DNA of 64,000 bases from an uncultured Candidatus Peregrinibacteria bacterium. GTDB lineage: Bacteria; Patescibacteriota; Gracilibacteria; Peribacterales; Peribacteraceae. Position numbers and translations under genes: made by a program. Positions 1-12,008 of this stretch are shown here, piece after piece. The notes under the pieces are model-generated. The model ran no database searches. It was not told the DNA's origin and was given only the letters and a program-made list of their open reading frames with translations. Where the stretch lies: NCBI GenBank assembly GCA_903854335.1, contig CAINVY010000003.1, forward strand, positions 21,955-85,954. Direction: 5' to 3'. The number at the start of each line of letters is the position of its first letter. The first letter of the stretch is position 1.

Positions 1-1429
1 CATGCGGATCGATCATCGCCTTCACGCGGCCCATCGCCTCGCCACAGACGCAGATATCACCGACGCGCAGCGTGCCTGCATTGACGACGACCGTCGCGAG
101 AGATCCGAGCGACGAATCCAAGTGGCTCTCGATGACCGTCGCGACAGCCGAACGATTCGGATTCGCCCTCACATTATTGAGATCCGCGAGGAGGAGAATG
201 TGATCGAGCAACTCGGGAAGTCCCTGCTTCGTCTTCGCGGAAGTCAAAACAACCGGCGTCTGTCCTCCCCACTCCTCCGGCTGCAACCCCTGTGCGGAAA
301 GCTCTCCCTTCACGCGGTCGGGATCCGAACGCTCCTTGTCGGCTTTTGTGATGGCGACGATGATCGGCACTTCGGCGTCTTTGGCATGATTGATCGCTTC
401 AATCGTCGTGGTCTTCACACCCTCCTCCGCCGAAACGACCAGGATCACGATGTCCGTCACCTGCGCGCCACGCGCTCGCATGGCCGTAAACGCCTCATGC
501 CCGGGAGTATCGAGGAACGTGATCTTGCGCGGCGGGTTGCCGTGTTCGACCTGATACGCACCGATGTGCTGCGTAATGCCTCCCGCTTCCTGCCCCACGA
601 CATCCGTCTCACGGATCGCATCGAGCAAAGCCGTCTTCCCGTGATCGACGTGTCCCATCACGACAACGATGGGAGGACGTGGCTGGAGATTCTCCGGCTC
701 GTCCTTGAGGAGTTCTTTGAGGTTTTTGCTAAAGAGATCTTCCGCCTTCGCCGTGCGCTGCTCTCGCTGAACAACGATGCCAAACTCCGTCCCCACGATC
801 GCCGCGGTGTCGAAGTCAACCGACTGGGTGATCGTCGCCATGACGCCGTTGCTCATAAGCGTCGCAATCACCTTCGGGACCTGCACGCCGAGCTTCTCGG
901 CAAGCTCCTTCACCGTGATGGAATCCGGGAGCATTACTGTTCCCTCCTTCTTCTTAATCTGCACCTGCTGCTGCGTACCAGGCAAACGATTCAAACGGGC
1001 ATCGGAGAGAATCCTTTGCTCACGCAGATGCTCCTCCTTCTCTTCCTTCGTAAGCTTCTCGAGCTTCTTCTCCTCCTGACGAATCGCGGATTTCGGCACA
1101 TCGTCGAGCGTCAGCTTCCTCAGCACATTGAGTGACTCCGCATGGGTCGGCGACTGATCGAGCGTCATGACCGCAGGGGCGGCGGCTTCCTGTTCGGCGT
1201 GCTTCGGCGCTTCGCCTTCCCCTTCTTCCTCATCCACGACCAACTGGCCGATGGTATCGATATTGACGGTGAGTCCGTATTTGACGGCCAAGAAACGCAC
1301 GATGCCCTTCGCAAGGGAATCGGGAATTTCGCGGTCGGTTGCCTTCACGCCGAAATTTACCTGCAGAAGCTCCTTGCGGAGCTGCTGTCCGGTCATGCCC
1401 AATGCTTTTGCCACCTGTACAAGGCGCAT
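1..1429 (-). CDS. infB: Translation initiation factor IF-2 (5' part; runs off window)
   Basis: Manual minus-strand translation from ATG 1429: [21 protein letters not shown]...[16 protein letters not shown]...DTPGHEAF (IF-2 G1/G3 motifs). The + ORF 2..1135 is its antisense shadow. Confidence 0.96.
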   Translation of the reverse strand, partial: MRLVQVAKALGMTGQQLRKELLQVNFGVKATDREIPDSLAKGIVRFLAVKYGLTVNIDTIGQLVVDEEEGEGEAPKHAEQEAAAPAVMTLDQSPTHAESLNVLRKLTLDDVPKSAIRQEEKKLEKLTKEEKEEHLREQRILSDARLNRLPGTQQQVQIKKKEGTVMLPDSITVKELAEKLGVQVPKVIATLMSNGVMATITQSVDFDTAAIVGTEFGIVVQREQRTAKAEDLFSKNLKELLKDEPENLQPRPPIVVVMGHVDHGKTALLDAIRETDVVGQEAGGITQHIGAYQVEHGNPPRKITFLDTPGHEAFTAMRARGAQVTDIVILVVSAEEGVKTTTIEAINHAKDAEVPIIVAITKADKERSDPDRVKGELSAQGLQPEEWGGQTPVVLTSAKTKQGLPELLDHILLLADLNNVRANPNRSAVATVIESHLDSSLGSLATVVVNAGTLRVGDICVCGEAMGRVKAMIDPH

Positions 1430-1495
1430 GTGAAACAGGAAAAAAGCCAGACGCAGTCTATCAGACTTCCGGAAGCGACAAAGCGAAAAACCTCA

Positions 1496-2830
1496 TCATC
1501 CATGCACTACACCCGCATCCGTGTTCCCCGTCGTGAGATCGTGGATGATGTCGCGCTCCATCTGTGGAGCGTGGACAGGCGGCAAAGAAGCTGCAACTGG
1601 TTTAACCGAAGGCGTGACTGCCTGCGGCACCGAAGGTGCGATGGGCGAACTCTGTGTTTGCTCTTGGGTCTGTCGCTGACGCGCCATCCCCTCTTTCAAT
1701 TTCTGGACGCACTCCAGTACCTGAAGCTGGAAGTTCCCGTAGGAACGGACGCGAAATCCCGCTGCGCGCGCATGACCGCCGCCACCGTACGTCTGCGCGG
1801 CGAGCAGAGACGAATCGATGGATGCGGATGACCGCAGACTCGCCTTGAGCCCGCCACCCTCCACCTCCGTGAAGAGCACGTGGATATCAGCGTTGGGCAC
1901 CGTCGAAATGAGTTCATCGAGAATGCCGTGTGTCTCCTGCGATGCGGCTCCCATCTCCTGCAAATCCTCCTTCCCGACCGACGACCACACAATGCCGGCC
2001 GCCTCATCCATCTGGATACGATTGAGCGCCCTGCCCCAGATCTTCAGCGTCGAGAGCGGCTTCGTCTTGTACACGAACTGAACGATCTCCTGCTGGCGCG
2101 CGCCATGATCGACGAGCTCCGCGGCGATTTCGAGTGAACGGGGCGTCGTATTTGGATTCTGGAAACTGCGTGTGTCGGTGATGATCCCGGTGAGGAGCAA
2201 GGTGGCCATGTCCGGCGTCAATTTCTCGCGCCACTCAGGCACCTGCGTAAACCACGAATAGAGGACTTCCGTTGCACTCGAAGCGTTGGGGTCGATGAGC
2301 TGCAACTGACCGTAGCGCTGATTGCTGATGTGGTGATCGATATTGAGGATCGGCACTTCATTGAAGAGATCGACATGATCGGTGTAGAGGGATCCGAGAA
2401 GCGCGAGATCCGCGGTGTCCACGACGACGATCAGATCAAATGCCTTCTCCCCTTCCCCAAACGAGATGTCGCTCGCCTTCACCTTCCCCCTCCTCGGAAC
2501 CACGATAATGTTCACGCGCCGTTCCTCCACGGTGTAGCGCAGCTTGTCGATCTCCACGCCGTCCTCGACATTCACCGTGATGACGAAATTCTGACTCTCG
2601 GCAATCCCCCGCTCCAACTTCTCAAATCCCGGGAGAAACTTCAGCGATTCTGGGGGCGTATCCGGACAGACGACCGTCACATCTTTGCCAAGCGCAGTGA
2701 AAAGCTCGTAGCAAGCCAGTGCGCTCGAAAGTCCATCCGGATCCACATTCGCATGCGGGATCACGAGAATGCGTTGGCGCTCTTGGATCGCCTGGAGTGC
2801 GGCCGCGATGTCGGGAGAGGAGAGACTCAT
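1496..2830 (-). CDS. DHH/DHHA1 phosphoesterase (NrnA-like oligoribonuclease/pAp phosphatase)
   Basis: Motifs HANVDPDG, VVVD, NIDHH, TDT, GGGGHARAAG; upstream of infB. Confidence 0.9.
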   Translation of the reverse strand: MSLSSPDIAAALQAIQERQRILVIPHANVDPDGLSSALACYELFTALGKDVTVVCPDTPPESLKFLPGFEKLERGIAESQNFVITVNVEDGVEIDKLRYTVEERRVNIIVVPRRGKVKASDISFGEGEKAFDLIVVVDTADLALLGSLYTDHVDLFNEVPILNIDHHISNQRYGQLQLIDPNASSATEVLYSWFTQVPEWREKLTPDMATLLLTGIITDTRSFQNPNTTPRSLEIAAELVDHGARQQEIVQFVYKTKPLSTLKIWGRALNRIQMDEAAGIVWSSVGKEDLQEMGAASQETHGILDELISTVPNADIHVLFTEVEGGGLKASLRSSASIDSSLLAAQTYGGGGHARAAGFRVRSYGNFQLQVLECVQKLKEGMARQRQTQEQTQSSPIAPSVPQAVTPSVKPVAASLPPVHAPQMERDIIHDLTTGNTDAGVVHG

Positions 2831-2847
2831 AGGATTCTTGAACTTCT

Positions 2848-2876
2848 ATTGTAACATAATCTTGACATATTATCAA
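2848..2876 (-). promoter_or_regulatory. Sigma70-type promoter for DHH-infB operon
   Basis: Minus strand TTGATA-17 nt-TACAAT with TGn extension, 17 nt above ATG 2830. Confidence 0.65.
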
Positions 2877-3086
2877 TACATGATATTTCGATGGATACTT
2901 ACAAAGAAGGGGTTATGGAAGCACAAGAAGATCGCGCCGTCCACTACTCCACATACGATAAATGGACTGATGCAAGCGTGTCATGGTGAGGTGCTCGCGC
3001 CTAAGCCTTCGTGGCTTTTTGCTAAACAAAAAGCACCTCAGGCTGACACGGAAAGAAACTGAAGGAGGATACGAGCCACAGCCTGC

Positions 3087-3150
3087 CCTGAGCCTGACGA
3101 AGGGAACCATAACGCTTGCTGCAGCGTGTCGACCCTTCGACAGGCTCAGG
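3087..3150. repeat. REP-like inverted repeat pair
   Basis: CCTGAGCCTGACGAAGGG (3087-3104) and CCCTTCGACAGGCTCAGG (3133-3150), 17/18 complementary, enclosing a small inner hairpin. Confidence 0.75.
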
Positions 3151-3236
3151 AAACACGCTTTTTCCAAAACCTCTTCCCCGTCAGCTGACGCAAGCATATC
3201 TCAATGGAGATACAGATATCCCATCAATCTACGATG

Positions 3237-4238
3237 CTACTTCCCAAGCAATGCAGCAATCGTCCGCTCGCCGATCATTGCCATCTCGCGCAGACGGCGA
3301 AGAGTGAAGATGTGTGAAGGCGACTGCCATGATCCCGTCATCGTCGTCACCGCGGCGGTGAATCCGGCTTTACGCACGATGGACAGTGTATCGGACGTGT
3401 AGCGTCCGGAAGGATAAGCGAAAGACGTCACGTTGACACCGAACCTGCGCTCCAAGTCTGTCTTACTCCCGACAATCTGTCGTGTCTGCTCCTTAATGGA
3501 TAGCGTGCGCAAATCGAGATGATCGAGTGTGTGTGCGCCAATTTCCACGAGTCCGGTCGCAACCATTTCCTGAATCTGCGCCTCGGTCAGGTAATCGCTC
3601 TTCCCAATGAAATCATTAATCACAAACAACGTCGCATGCACCTGGTACTTCATCAGCAGAGGATACGCATCAGTGTAGAAATCCTCGTACCCGTCGTCGA
3701 ACGTAAGAACGAGCGGCCTGGAAACCTTGAGAGAACCGGTGAGCATCGCAGGGATGTCGCGAACAAAGAGCGTGTGAAAACCGTTCTTCTGCAATGTCAC
3801 CAATTGTTCTTCGAAGATCGTCGGCGTGACGGCCAGACGCACACGCAATGCATCCTTGGGATTTCGCACCACTTCCAGGTAGTGATACATGAAAATGGGA
3901 ATACGAACAGAACCGGGTTCCGGGCGTGCGGAAGAGAGTGACGCGTGCTCGTAAGGATAATTGATAAGAATGCCGCTTGCTGCGGAAACATGCGAAGCGC
4001 TGCTTGCCAAGAGGGTAACGACACTCTGAGCGCTTGAGGAGAGAGACGAGCCGGAGGAGATAGCAGGCAAAGAAGGTACGGCAACAAGGGAGCCCGTGGC
4101 GGCATTCCAATTTTGGAGAGACGCTTGCGAATGTCCGCTTTTCGGGAAAAAGAAGAACACCGTAAGACACAGTGCAACGGCAAGGACAAGCAAACCGGTG
4201 AGCACTCTGCGCGTCGAAAAATGACTACCTCCTTTCAT
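3237..4238 (-). CDS. Polysaccharide deacetylase (NodB/CE4), membrane-anchored
   Basis: IFMYH, LTFDDGY, GAHTLDH, FAYPSG motifs; N-terminal TM segment and Ser-rich linker. Confidence 0.9.
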   Translation of the reverse strand: MKGGSHFSTRRVLTGLLVLAVALCLTVFFFFPKSGHSQASLQNWNAATGSLVAVPSLPAISSGSSLSSSAQSVVTLLASSASHVSAASGILINYPYEHASLSSARPEPGSVRIPIFMYHYLEVVRNPKDALRVRLAVTPTIFEEQLVTLQKNGFHTLFVRDIPAMLTGSLKVSRPLVLTFDDGYEDFYTDAYPLLMKYQVHATLFVINDFIGKSDYLTEAQIQEMVATGLVEIGAHTLDHLDLRTLSIKEQTRQIVGSKTDLERRFGVNVTSFAYPSGRYTSDTLSIVRKAGFTAAVTTMTGSWQSPSHIFTLRRLREMAMIGERTIAALLGK

Positions 4239-4348
4239 TGCGCATACTCAATCAGTTCGCCTCGAGAACCGCAAGTAAGGAAGGTTCGCAAATTGGCTTA
4301 ACCGATGCCCTCGATACAAGACGCACATGTGTGTAGAATCTCTCCACT

Positions 4349-4425
4349 CGGGACGTAGCTCAGTTGGCTAGAGCGCTTGCATGGGGTGCAAGAGGTCGCA
4401 GGTTCAAGTCCTGTCGTCCCGACCA
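4349..4425 (+). tRNA. tRNA-Pro(GGG)
   Basis: CGGGACG...CGTCCCG-ACCA cloverleaf, anticodon loop ATGGGGT, GGTTCAAGTCC T arm. Confidence 0.95.
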
Positions 4426-4444
4426 AACATCTCAATCTCGCAGA

Positions 4445-5737
4445 CTAAAACGGCGACACATACGCCGCCCTCTCCCCCAATTCTTCCTCGATCCTCAGGA
4501 GCTGATTGTATTTACAAACCCGATCGGTGCGGCTCGTTGCACCCGTTTTGATCTGACCTGTCCCAAGACCAACAACTAAATCGGCAATCGAAGAATCCTC
4601 CGTCTCTCCAGAACGATGGGAAACCACCGCAGAGAAACCCGCATCGTGCGCCATTTCCACCGCGTCAACGGTTTCCGAGACCGTCCCGATCTGATTGAGT
4701 TTGATGAGAATGGAATTCGCAGATTTCTCGGCAATGCCTCGCTTCAGACGCTCGACATTCGTGACGAAAAGATCATCGCCAACAATCTGAATCTTCTTCC
4801 CAAGCCTCTCCGTGAGGTTCATCCATCCATCCCAATCGTCCTCAGACATGCCATCCTCAAGCGAAACAAGAGGATATTTGTCAGCCCAATGTTCGTAGAA
4901 TTCCACAAGCTCCGTGCTCGTGTAAGACTTCTTCTCTCTACTAAGCACATACGACCCCTGATCAAAGAACTCACTCGCTGCACTGTCGATGGCGATGGAA
5001 ACATCCTTGCCCGGCCGATACCCCGCTGATTCGATGCCGGCAATGATGACATCCATCACCTTCGCGTTGCTTTCAAGATTCGGTCCAAAAGCCCCTTCAA
5101 ATCCCACATTGATATTGAATCCCTCCTTCTTGAGCACCTGTGAAACGGAATGGTAGATTTCATCTCCCCAGCGAAGCGCTTCAGAGAACGTCGGCGCTCC
5201 GATCGGCATTACCATGAACTCCTGGAAGTCCGCGCTATCGTCGGCATGCTTACCTCCTTCCAGGACAAGCACCATAGGCACAGGCATGGAGAGTGCGCGC
5301 TTCTTTGATAGGAGATTGTGGAAATACATGTAAAGCGGCTGGCTCTGGCTTTCAGAAACTGCGCGAGCAAAAGCAAGAGAGACGCCGAGTGTCGCGTTCG
5401 CACCCAGCTGTGCCTTGTTAGTCGTCCCATCGAGCTTGATGAGCGCTGCGTCCAGAGAACGCTGGTCGAATTCCTTTCCAATCAAGGCTTCAGCAATGAC
5501 AACATTGACGTTTCCAACAGCCTTCGTGACACCCTTCCCAAAGAACTTCTTCGGATCGCCGTCGCGCAATTCCACAGCTTCATACTTCCCTGTCGAAGCT
5601 CCGGAAGGAACTGCCGCTCTGCCTAAGGAGCCGTCGGAAAGAACGCAGTCGACTTCGACCGTGGGCGTTCCGCGAGAATCGAGGATCTGTCGGGCGTGGA
5701 GTGTTTGGATGGTGGTCATGGAAAATGAGGAAGCCAC
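4445..5737 (-). CDS. eno: Enolase
   Basis: [58 protein letters not shown]. Confidence 0.98.
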   Translation of the reverse strand: MASSFSMTTIQTLHARQILDSRGTPTVEVDCVLSDGSLGRAAVPSGASTGKYEAVELRDGDPKKFFGKGVTKAVGNVNVVIAEALIGKEFDQRSLDAALIKLDGTTNKAQLGANATLGVSLAFARAVSESQSQPLYMYFHNLLSKKRALSMPVPMVLVLEGGKHADDSADFQEFMVMPIGAPTFSEALRWGDEIYHSVSQVLKKEGFNINVGFEGAFGPNLESNAKVMDVIIAGIESAGYRPGKDVSIAIDSAASEFFDQGSYVLSREKKSYTSTELVEFYEHWADKYPLVSLEDGMSEDDWDGWMNLTERLGKKIQIVGDDLFVTNVERLKRGIAEKSANSILIKLNQIGTVSETVDAVEMAHDAGFSAVVSHRSGETEDSSIADLVVGLGTGQIKTGATSRTDRVCKYNQLLRIEEELGERAAYVSPF

Positions 5738-5769
5738 CGCATCATAGCAGACTTCATCGATTCCAAGAT

Positions 5770-6846
5770 TTACGCGTTCGCCTTACGTCTCTTCGCCCGC
5801 TGGTGCAGCACGCCCACGTAGAGACCGACGAGCGAGAGCAGAAGAACATCCGTCTCAGACCCTGCGGATGGGAGTCTCGTAGGTTTGGAACTCGAAGAGG
5901 AAGACACAAAGATCGAAGACGCAGAGGAAGAGGAAGAGGAAACGATCCGAAGCGACGAGGAAGAAGATGAGACGACTGCAGGCGCGGAGGAAGAAGAGGA
6001 TGAGACGACTGCAGGCGCGGAGGAAGAAGAGGATGAGACGCTCGAGTGCACAGAGGAAGGCAGAGATGAAACGATCAGGGGCACAGAAGAAGAGGAAGAT
6101 GAAACAATCGCATGCGAGGAGGAGGATAGAAACGAGACAATCAAGGGAGCCGCACTCGAGGAGACGGACGAAAGGGCGCTTCCCGTCTGCGTCAGAGTCC
6201 CCTCCTCGAACTGACGGATCTTTTGGCGCCACAATTCCTCTTCGGGATTCGAAGAGTACGCGAGGTATTTTCCCGAAGACGATTCCTGCCCCGGCGTAAC
6301 GCCCGTGATATTCCACCACGTACCGTGCCAGACGACCGCTGCGATCTTCCGATCCTCATGGAACGCGGTGGCCGCGACGGCGAGAGCGAGGTAGGGAACG
6401 AAGATGAGGAGAAGGAACACGATTCTCGGCACAACGCGGCGCACGACGCTGAAGCAGAAGAGGATGATCAAAAGGAAAGAAACGAAGACGAAGGGAAGCG
6501 ACCACGCGAAGGTCAGCACGGCTAGCACCACAGACAGGAACGCAAAACGCAACGTCAACGATGCCAGCAGGAGCCAGAGGACAGCGACGACGGCGGGGAG
6601 AAAGTGTAAGGCGCGAAATTCATAATCGGCGCGATTGTTCTTGAGGAGCGGGTAGAGCACCGCCGGATAAATGAGTGTTATGACAAAGAGGATGAGCCAC
6701 GGGAGAATCCCGGGAGGAAGGTGCGGGAGCGTAGAAAGGACGAAGCCCGTCGCAACGGTGACAATCCCGAGAAGGACGATCAGAAGGGTCTCCGTCAAAT
6801 GCTTCAGCGGCATAGGAGGGGCATTGTTCTTCTTCGCCGCACGCAT
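5770..6846 (-). CDS. Multi-pass membrane protein with Ser-rich stalk and LPxxG-like C-terminal sorting signal
   Basis: About 5 N-terminal TM segments, poly-Ser repeats, then LPSAG + hydrophobic stretch + RAKRRK tail. Confidence 0.75.
   Translation of the reverse strand: MRAAKKNNAPPMPLKHLTETLLIVLLGIVTVATGFVLSTLPHLPPGILPWLILFVITLIYPAVLYPLLKNNRADYEFRALHFLPAVVAVLWLLLASLTLRFAFLSVVLAVLTFAWSLPFVFVSFLLIILFCFSVVRRVVPRIVFLLLIFVPYLALAVAATAFHEDRKIAAVVWHGTWWNITGVTPGQESSSGKYLAYSSNPEEELWRQKIRQFEEGTLTQTGSALSSVSSSAAPLIVSFLSSSSHAIVSSSSSSVPLIVSSLPSSVHSSVSSSSSSAPAVVSSSSSSAPAVVSSSSSSLRIVSSSSSSASSIFVSSSSSSKPTRLPSAGSETDVLLLSLVGLYVGVLHQRAKRRKANA
5957..6040. repeat. 33-bp tandem repeat encoding [11 protein letters not shown]
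   Basis: GAGGAAGAAGAGGATGAGACGACTGCAGGCGCG-type unit, about 2.5 copies, with degenerate copies on both sides. Confidence 0.85.
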
Positions 6847-6886
6847 GTCAACTTAACTTTAGCATCCGAATACAGGATGGATTCGC

Positions 6887-7318
6887 TCAATGCGCACGCT
6901 TCTTGGGAAGGTAGCGCTCACGGGGGTCATGGGAGTGTTCCTTGGGCAACACACGATAGTGCCGCGCGCGGAATTGTTGCACTTGGAAGAACAGGTACAG
7001 TGCGGCTCCAAGGCCCCAGAGCACCCAGAAAAAACGCATGGCGAGAAATTGAATGCCTTCGACGCGACACACGATAAAGAGGAAACCGATGATCGCAAAC
7101 CAGAACGCCGTCGAGCTCCAGGAACGGCTCAATTTCTTCGTCACGGCATTCGTAATGCGCCTCCTCCAGAAGCGAATCACGAAAGAGAAAACGAACAGCG
7201 CACCGCACAGCACAAGCAAACCTGTCATCGTGCCGTATGTAGCACCGCCGGGATTCACGGCGAAGAAATATCGGAGATAGGGACGAATCGTACGGAGGAA
7301 TTGGAGGAAAATGCGCAT
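6887..7318 (-). CDS. Hypothetical membrane protein
   Basis: Three TM segments, ends DPRERYLPKKR; operonic spacing. Confidence 0.75.
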   Translation of the reverse strand: MRIFLQFLRTIRPYLRYFFAVNPGGATYGTMTGLLVLCGALFVFSFVIRFWRRRITNAVTKKLSRSWSSTAFWFAIIGFLFIVCRVEGIQFLAMRFFWVLWGLGAALYLFFQVQQFRARHYRVLPKEHSHDPRERYLPKKRAH

Positions 7319-7332
7319 AAAAGTGAGTGGAA

Positions 7333-7728
7333 CTACAGATTGGGAACGGAGACGGGAACAGATGTTTCTTCGGTAGTTGGAGGAAGAACGATAGGATCTT
7401 CCTCATCATCCTCTTCATCAGCGAGCAATACCTCATCGTTGAGGATTTTGAGGATTTCCTCAGCCGTGTTCTGGAGAGAGCGCTGCTTGATCGTTTGTGA
7501 GGGGCGGATGAGGAGGTAGAGGAAGAAACCGACCACGGGAAGACACGCGACGAGGAGGATGGAAGCGAGTTGGTACAAGAAGGAGCGAGTGCGAAGGATG
7601 ATGTCTCGCGTCACAAAGCAGACCAGATAGACGGCGATCACACCGAAGAAAAGGAGCGAGCCCTGAATCAGACGTAAAATGGGATCTGCGGAGAAGAAGG
7701 AAAGCCACTGTTGGAAGAGGGGTGTCAT
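7333..7728 (-). CDS. Hypothetical membrane protein (PLDc_N-like hairpin, acidic tail)
   Basis: TRDIILRT...LPVVGFFLYLLIRP pattern; overlaps lgt stop by 4 nt. Confidence 0.75.
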   Translation of the reverse strand: MTPLFQQWLSFFSADPILRLIQGSLLFFGVIAVYLVCFVTRDIILRTRSFLYQLASILLVACLPVVGFFLYLLIRPSQTIKQRSLQNTAEEILKILNDEVLLADEEDDEEDPIVLPPTTEETSVPVSVPNL

Positions 7729-8684
7729 AGATAGGGGTAACGGCGTCGGTGATCGACAATGTAAACGATTGTCCCGAGGAGCGCGAGGAGGGCGAGGAGT
7801 TGGCTGAAGCGGAACTCAAACGTCTCGAGATTGAGGAACGGACGAGCGATCAAATACCCGCCTGCCAGCAGAAGAACGCTGAATTCGTAGAGAAAGGAGA
7901 ACTTCTTTGATAGTTTCTGCTCGAACGCGGCGAAGAATCCCAAGCTGAGAAACAAGCCCACGAGCAAGACGAAATCCATGTCATTCGCAAAGACGGGAAT
8001 GCCGAAATCGCCACGGTAGTTCTCCAGGAAAAATGTCGCAAGTGTGGCACAGACGATTCCCGCGAGTGTCTCCGTCCCGACCCTCTTCGCTTTCTTACGA
8101 ATAATGAGGAGAACAAAGGTGAGGAAGAAATAGAACAGCGCGTAGTAGAGCTGAACCGGATGGATCGGAACCGAGTAGCGCACGTTCATGGCGTCGAACG
8201 TAACGCCCCAGAAGACGTTGGTCGGCCTGCCGTAGGCATGCCCGGAAAAGAACGCGCCAACCCAATCGAAGACAAGACCAAGAGTGGTCGCCGGCAGCAG
8301 CGCATCCAGCCATTGCAGGAACGTCGATCGATGACCGCGTGTGGCGAAAAAGAGCACGACGGCAATGCCCAGAGCGCCTCCGATAAAGCTAAATCCCCCG
8401 TCGGACAGGACGATGATGCGGAAAGGATCTTTGAGGTACGCCTGGTAATCAATGAGCATCGCGCTGAGCCGTCCGCCCAAGAAGAACGCAAGGATGTACC
8501 ACACACCGTGCTCACGAAAATGCTGGAGAGAGAGATTCGCGCTCGCGGCAAGCCGGAAGAAGAGATCCGTCGAAAACCAGAGCCCCAGAAGCACGAACAG
8601 GAGTCGCGTCCAGAGGATGAGAGAACCGATCTGGAAAGCTTGAAACATCCTGGAGATCCTAGCAGAGACCGCCACCTCCCCCAA
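7725..8684 (-). CDS. lgt: Prolipoprotein diacylglyceryl transferase family protein
   Basis: GGRL, GGFSFIGG, WLDALLP, YGRPT, HPVQLY motifs; start uncertain. Confidence 0.8.
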   Translation of the reverse strand: MGEVAVSARISRMFQAFQIGSLILWTRLLFVLLGLWFSTDLFFRLAASANLSLQHFREHGVWYILAFFLGGRLSAMLIDYQAYLKDPFRIIVLSDGGFSFIGGALGIAVVLFFATRGHRSTFLQWLDALLPATTLGLVFDWVGAFFSGHAYGRPTNVFWGVTFDAMNVRYSVPIHPVQLYYALFYFFLTFVLLIIRKKAKRVGTETLAGIVCATLATFFLENYRGDFGIPVFANDMDFVLLVGLFLSLGFFAAFEQKLSKKFSFLYEFSVLLLAGGYLIARPFLNLETFEFRFSQLLALLALLGTIVYIVDHRRRYPYL

Positions 8685-8699
8685 CCCCTCCGCAACTGA

Positions 8700-10511
<1,812 letters not shown>

Positions 10512-10555
10512 GACAAAAGAGTATCAGACGGTGGCGCGACGGGAAAGCTCCCGCC

Positions 10556-12007
10556 TCAGACCACGCCCAATTCCTGCTCGATGGCACGCACCTCGCGCAG
10601 GAGTTGCGGATCGTTCTGCATCTTCTCATCGATCTTCTCGACGGCATTCATGACCGTCGTGTGGTCGCGGCCGGAGAAGAGCTCCCCAATACGCACGAAG
10701 CTCACACGCAGATGTTTCTTCCCGAGAAACATCGCGATCTGGCGCGGCAGGAGGATCTCGCGGACGCGCGAAGCCCCGATCATGTCCTGCACCGACACCG
10801 AGTAGTAGCGGCTGACGCATTCGATCACATCCTGAAACGTGGGCGCGCGCTTCGGCGTGGACTCGAAGCCGACGGGCGGCTCCTCGACCAGTGGGTCCTT
10901 ATTAAGCTTGCGCATGATCTCCGCGATCCCCCGCACCGTCGGCATGCGCTGCTCCAATTCGTAGAGCGCGACCGCCTGCATGAGGATGCCTTCGAGTTCG
11001 CGCACGCTGCGCGTCGCGTGCTCCGCAATGAATTGCAGCACGGTCATATCCAGGAAAATCTGGTACTCGCTCGCCTTCTCCGTGAGAATCGCGATCCTCG
11101 TCTCGTAGTCCGGCTCGGACACGTCCGCGATCATGCCGCGCTCGAAACGCGACACCAATCGATCCTCGAGCTTGAGCTCCTGCGGCGGTCGATCGGCGGA
11201 GATGATGATCTGCTTGCGGTCTTCATAGAGTGCATTGAACGTGTGAAAGAATTCTTCCTGGGTGCGTTCCGTGCGCGCAAGGAACTGGACATCGTCGATG
11301 ATGAGCACGTCGACAAGTCGGTAGCGACGTCGAAACTGCTCCATCTTCTGATGCTGAATCGCCTCAATCACCTGATTCGTGAAGTCCTCCGTCGTGGTGT
11401 AGACCACGGTCGCCTTGGGCATCTGCTTGAGGATCGCGTTGCCCGTCGCCTGGAGGAGATGCGTCTTGCCGAGTCCCACGCCTCCGTAGAGGAAGAGCGG
11501 GTTGTACTTCCCTCCCGGCTGCATCGCCACGGACTGGCTGGCCGCCTGCGCGAGACGGTTATTCGCCCCCACCACAAAATTATCGAACGAGTACCGAGGA
11601 TTGAGGACCTTGCTCACAATGCCCTCCGCGAGCATCACTTCTGCGCGTCCCGGTAACTTCCGGCGCCTCGGCTCGGGAAAAAGCGTGAGAATATCCACCG
11701 AACGCTCGTGATTGTCCTTCAGGCCGACATCGACTTTGTAGACGATCTGATGCACGGACGGATCGATATCCTGCACGACGGCAAGCGTGAGCGCTCTGTA
11801 GTGCTCCATGTGCCAGGAGAGAAACATCGGCAGCGGAAGACCGATGACGAGCGTCCCCGCATCCAACCCGAGAACCGCCGTATCCTTGAACCACGTGATG
11901 AACTGACTGCGTTGGAGCTTGGGCGCGATCGCGCTAAGGATCTCGATCCAAAGATCGCGAAGCTTCGTGTCCGTGGACGCGCCGGCAGCGAGTGCCATGG
12001 TCGGCAT
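10556..12007 (-). CDS. dnaA: Chromosomal replication initiator DnaA
   Basis: NPLFLYGGVGLGKTHLL, LIIDDVQF, QEEFFHTFN, GRDHTTV. Confidence 0.98.
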   Translation of the reverse strand: MPTMALAAGASTDTKLRDLWIEILSAIAPKLQRSQFITWFKDTAVLGLDAGTLVIGLPLPMFLSWHMEHYRALTLAVVQDIDPSVHQIVYKVDVGLKDNHERSVDILTLFPEPRRRKLPGRAEVMLAEGIVSKVLNPRYSFDNFVVGANNRLAQAASQSVAMQPGGKYNPLFLYGGVGLGKTHLLQATGNAILKQMPKATVVYTTTEDFTNQVIEAIQHQKMEQFRRRYRLVDVLIIDDVQFLARTERTQEEFFHTFNALYEDRKQIIISADRPPQELKLEDRLVSRFERGMIADVSEPDYETRIAILTEKASEYQIFLDMTVLQFIAEHATRSVRELEGILMQAVALYELEQRMPTVRGIAEIMRKLNKDPLVEEPPVGFESTPKRAPTFQDVIECVSRYYSVSVQDMIGASRVREILLPRQIAMFLGKKHLRVSFVRIGELFSGRDHTTVMNAVEKIDEKMQNDPQLLREVRAIEQELGVV

Positions 12008-12008
12008 G

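Noticed and set aside
2-1135. Long plus-strand ORF (likewise 8781-10481, 10604-11656, 33215-34293, 34558-35784, 39600-40481)
   Set aside because: Antisense shadows of infB, thrS, dnaA, ftsZ, ftsA and truB in GC-rich coding DNA.
2891-2989. Short plus-strand ORF after TTGACA (MDTYKEGVMEAQEDR...)
   Set aside because: Only 24-32 codons, no matching -10 and no recognisable motif.
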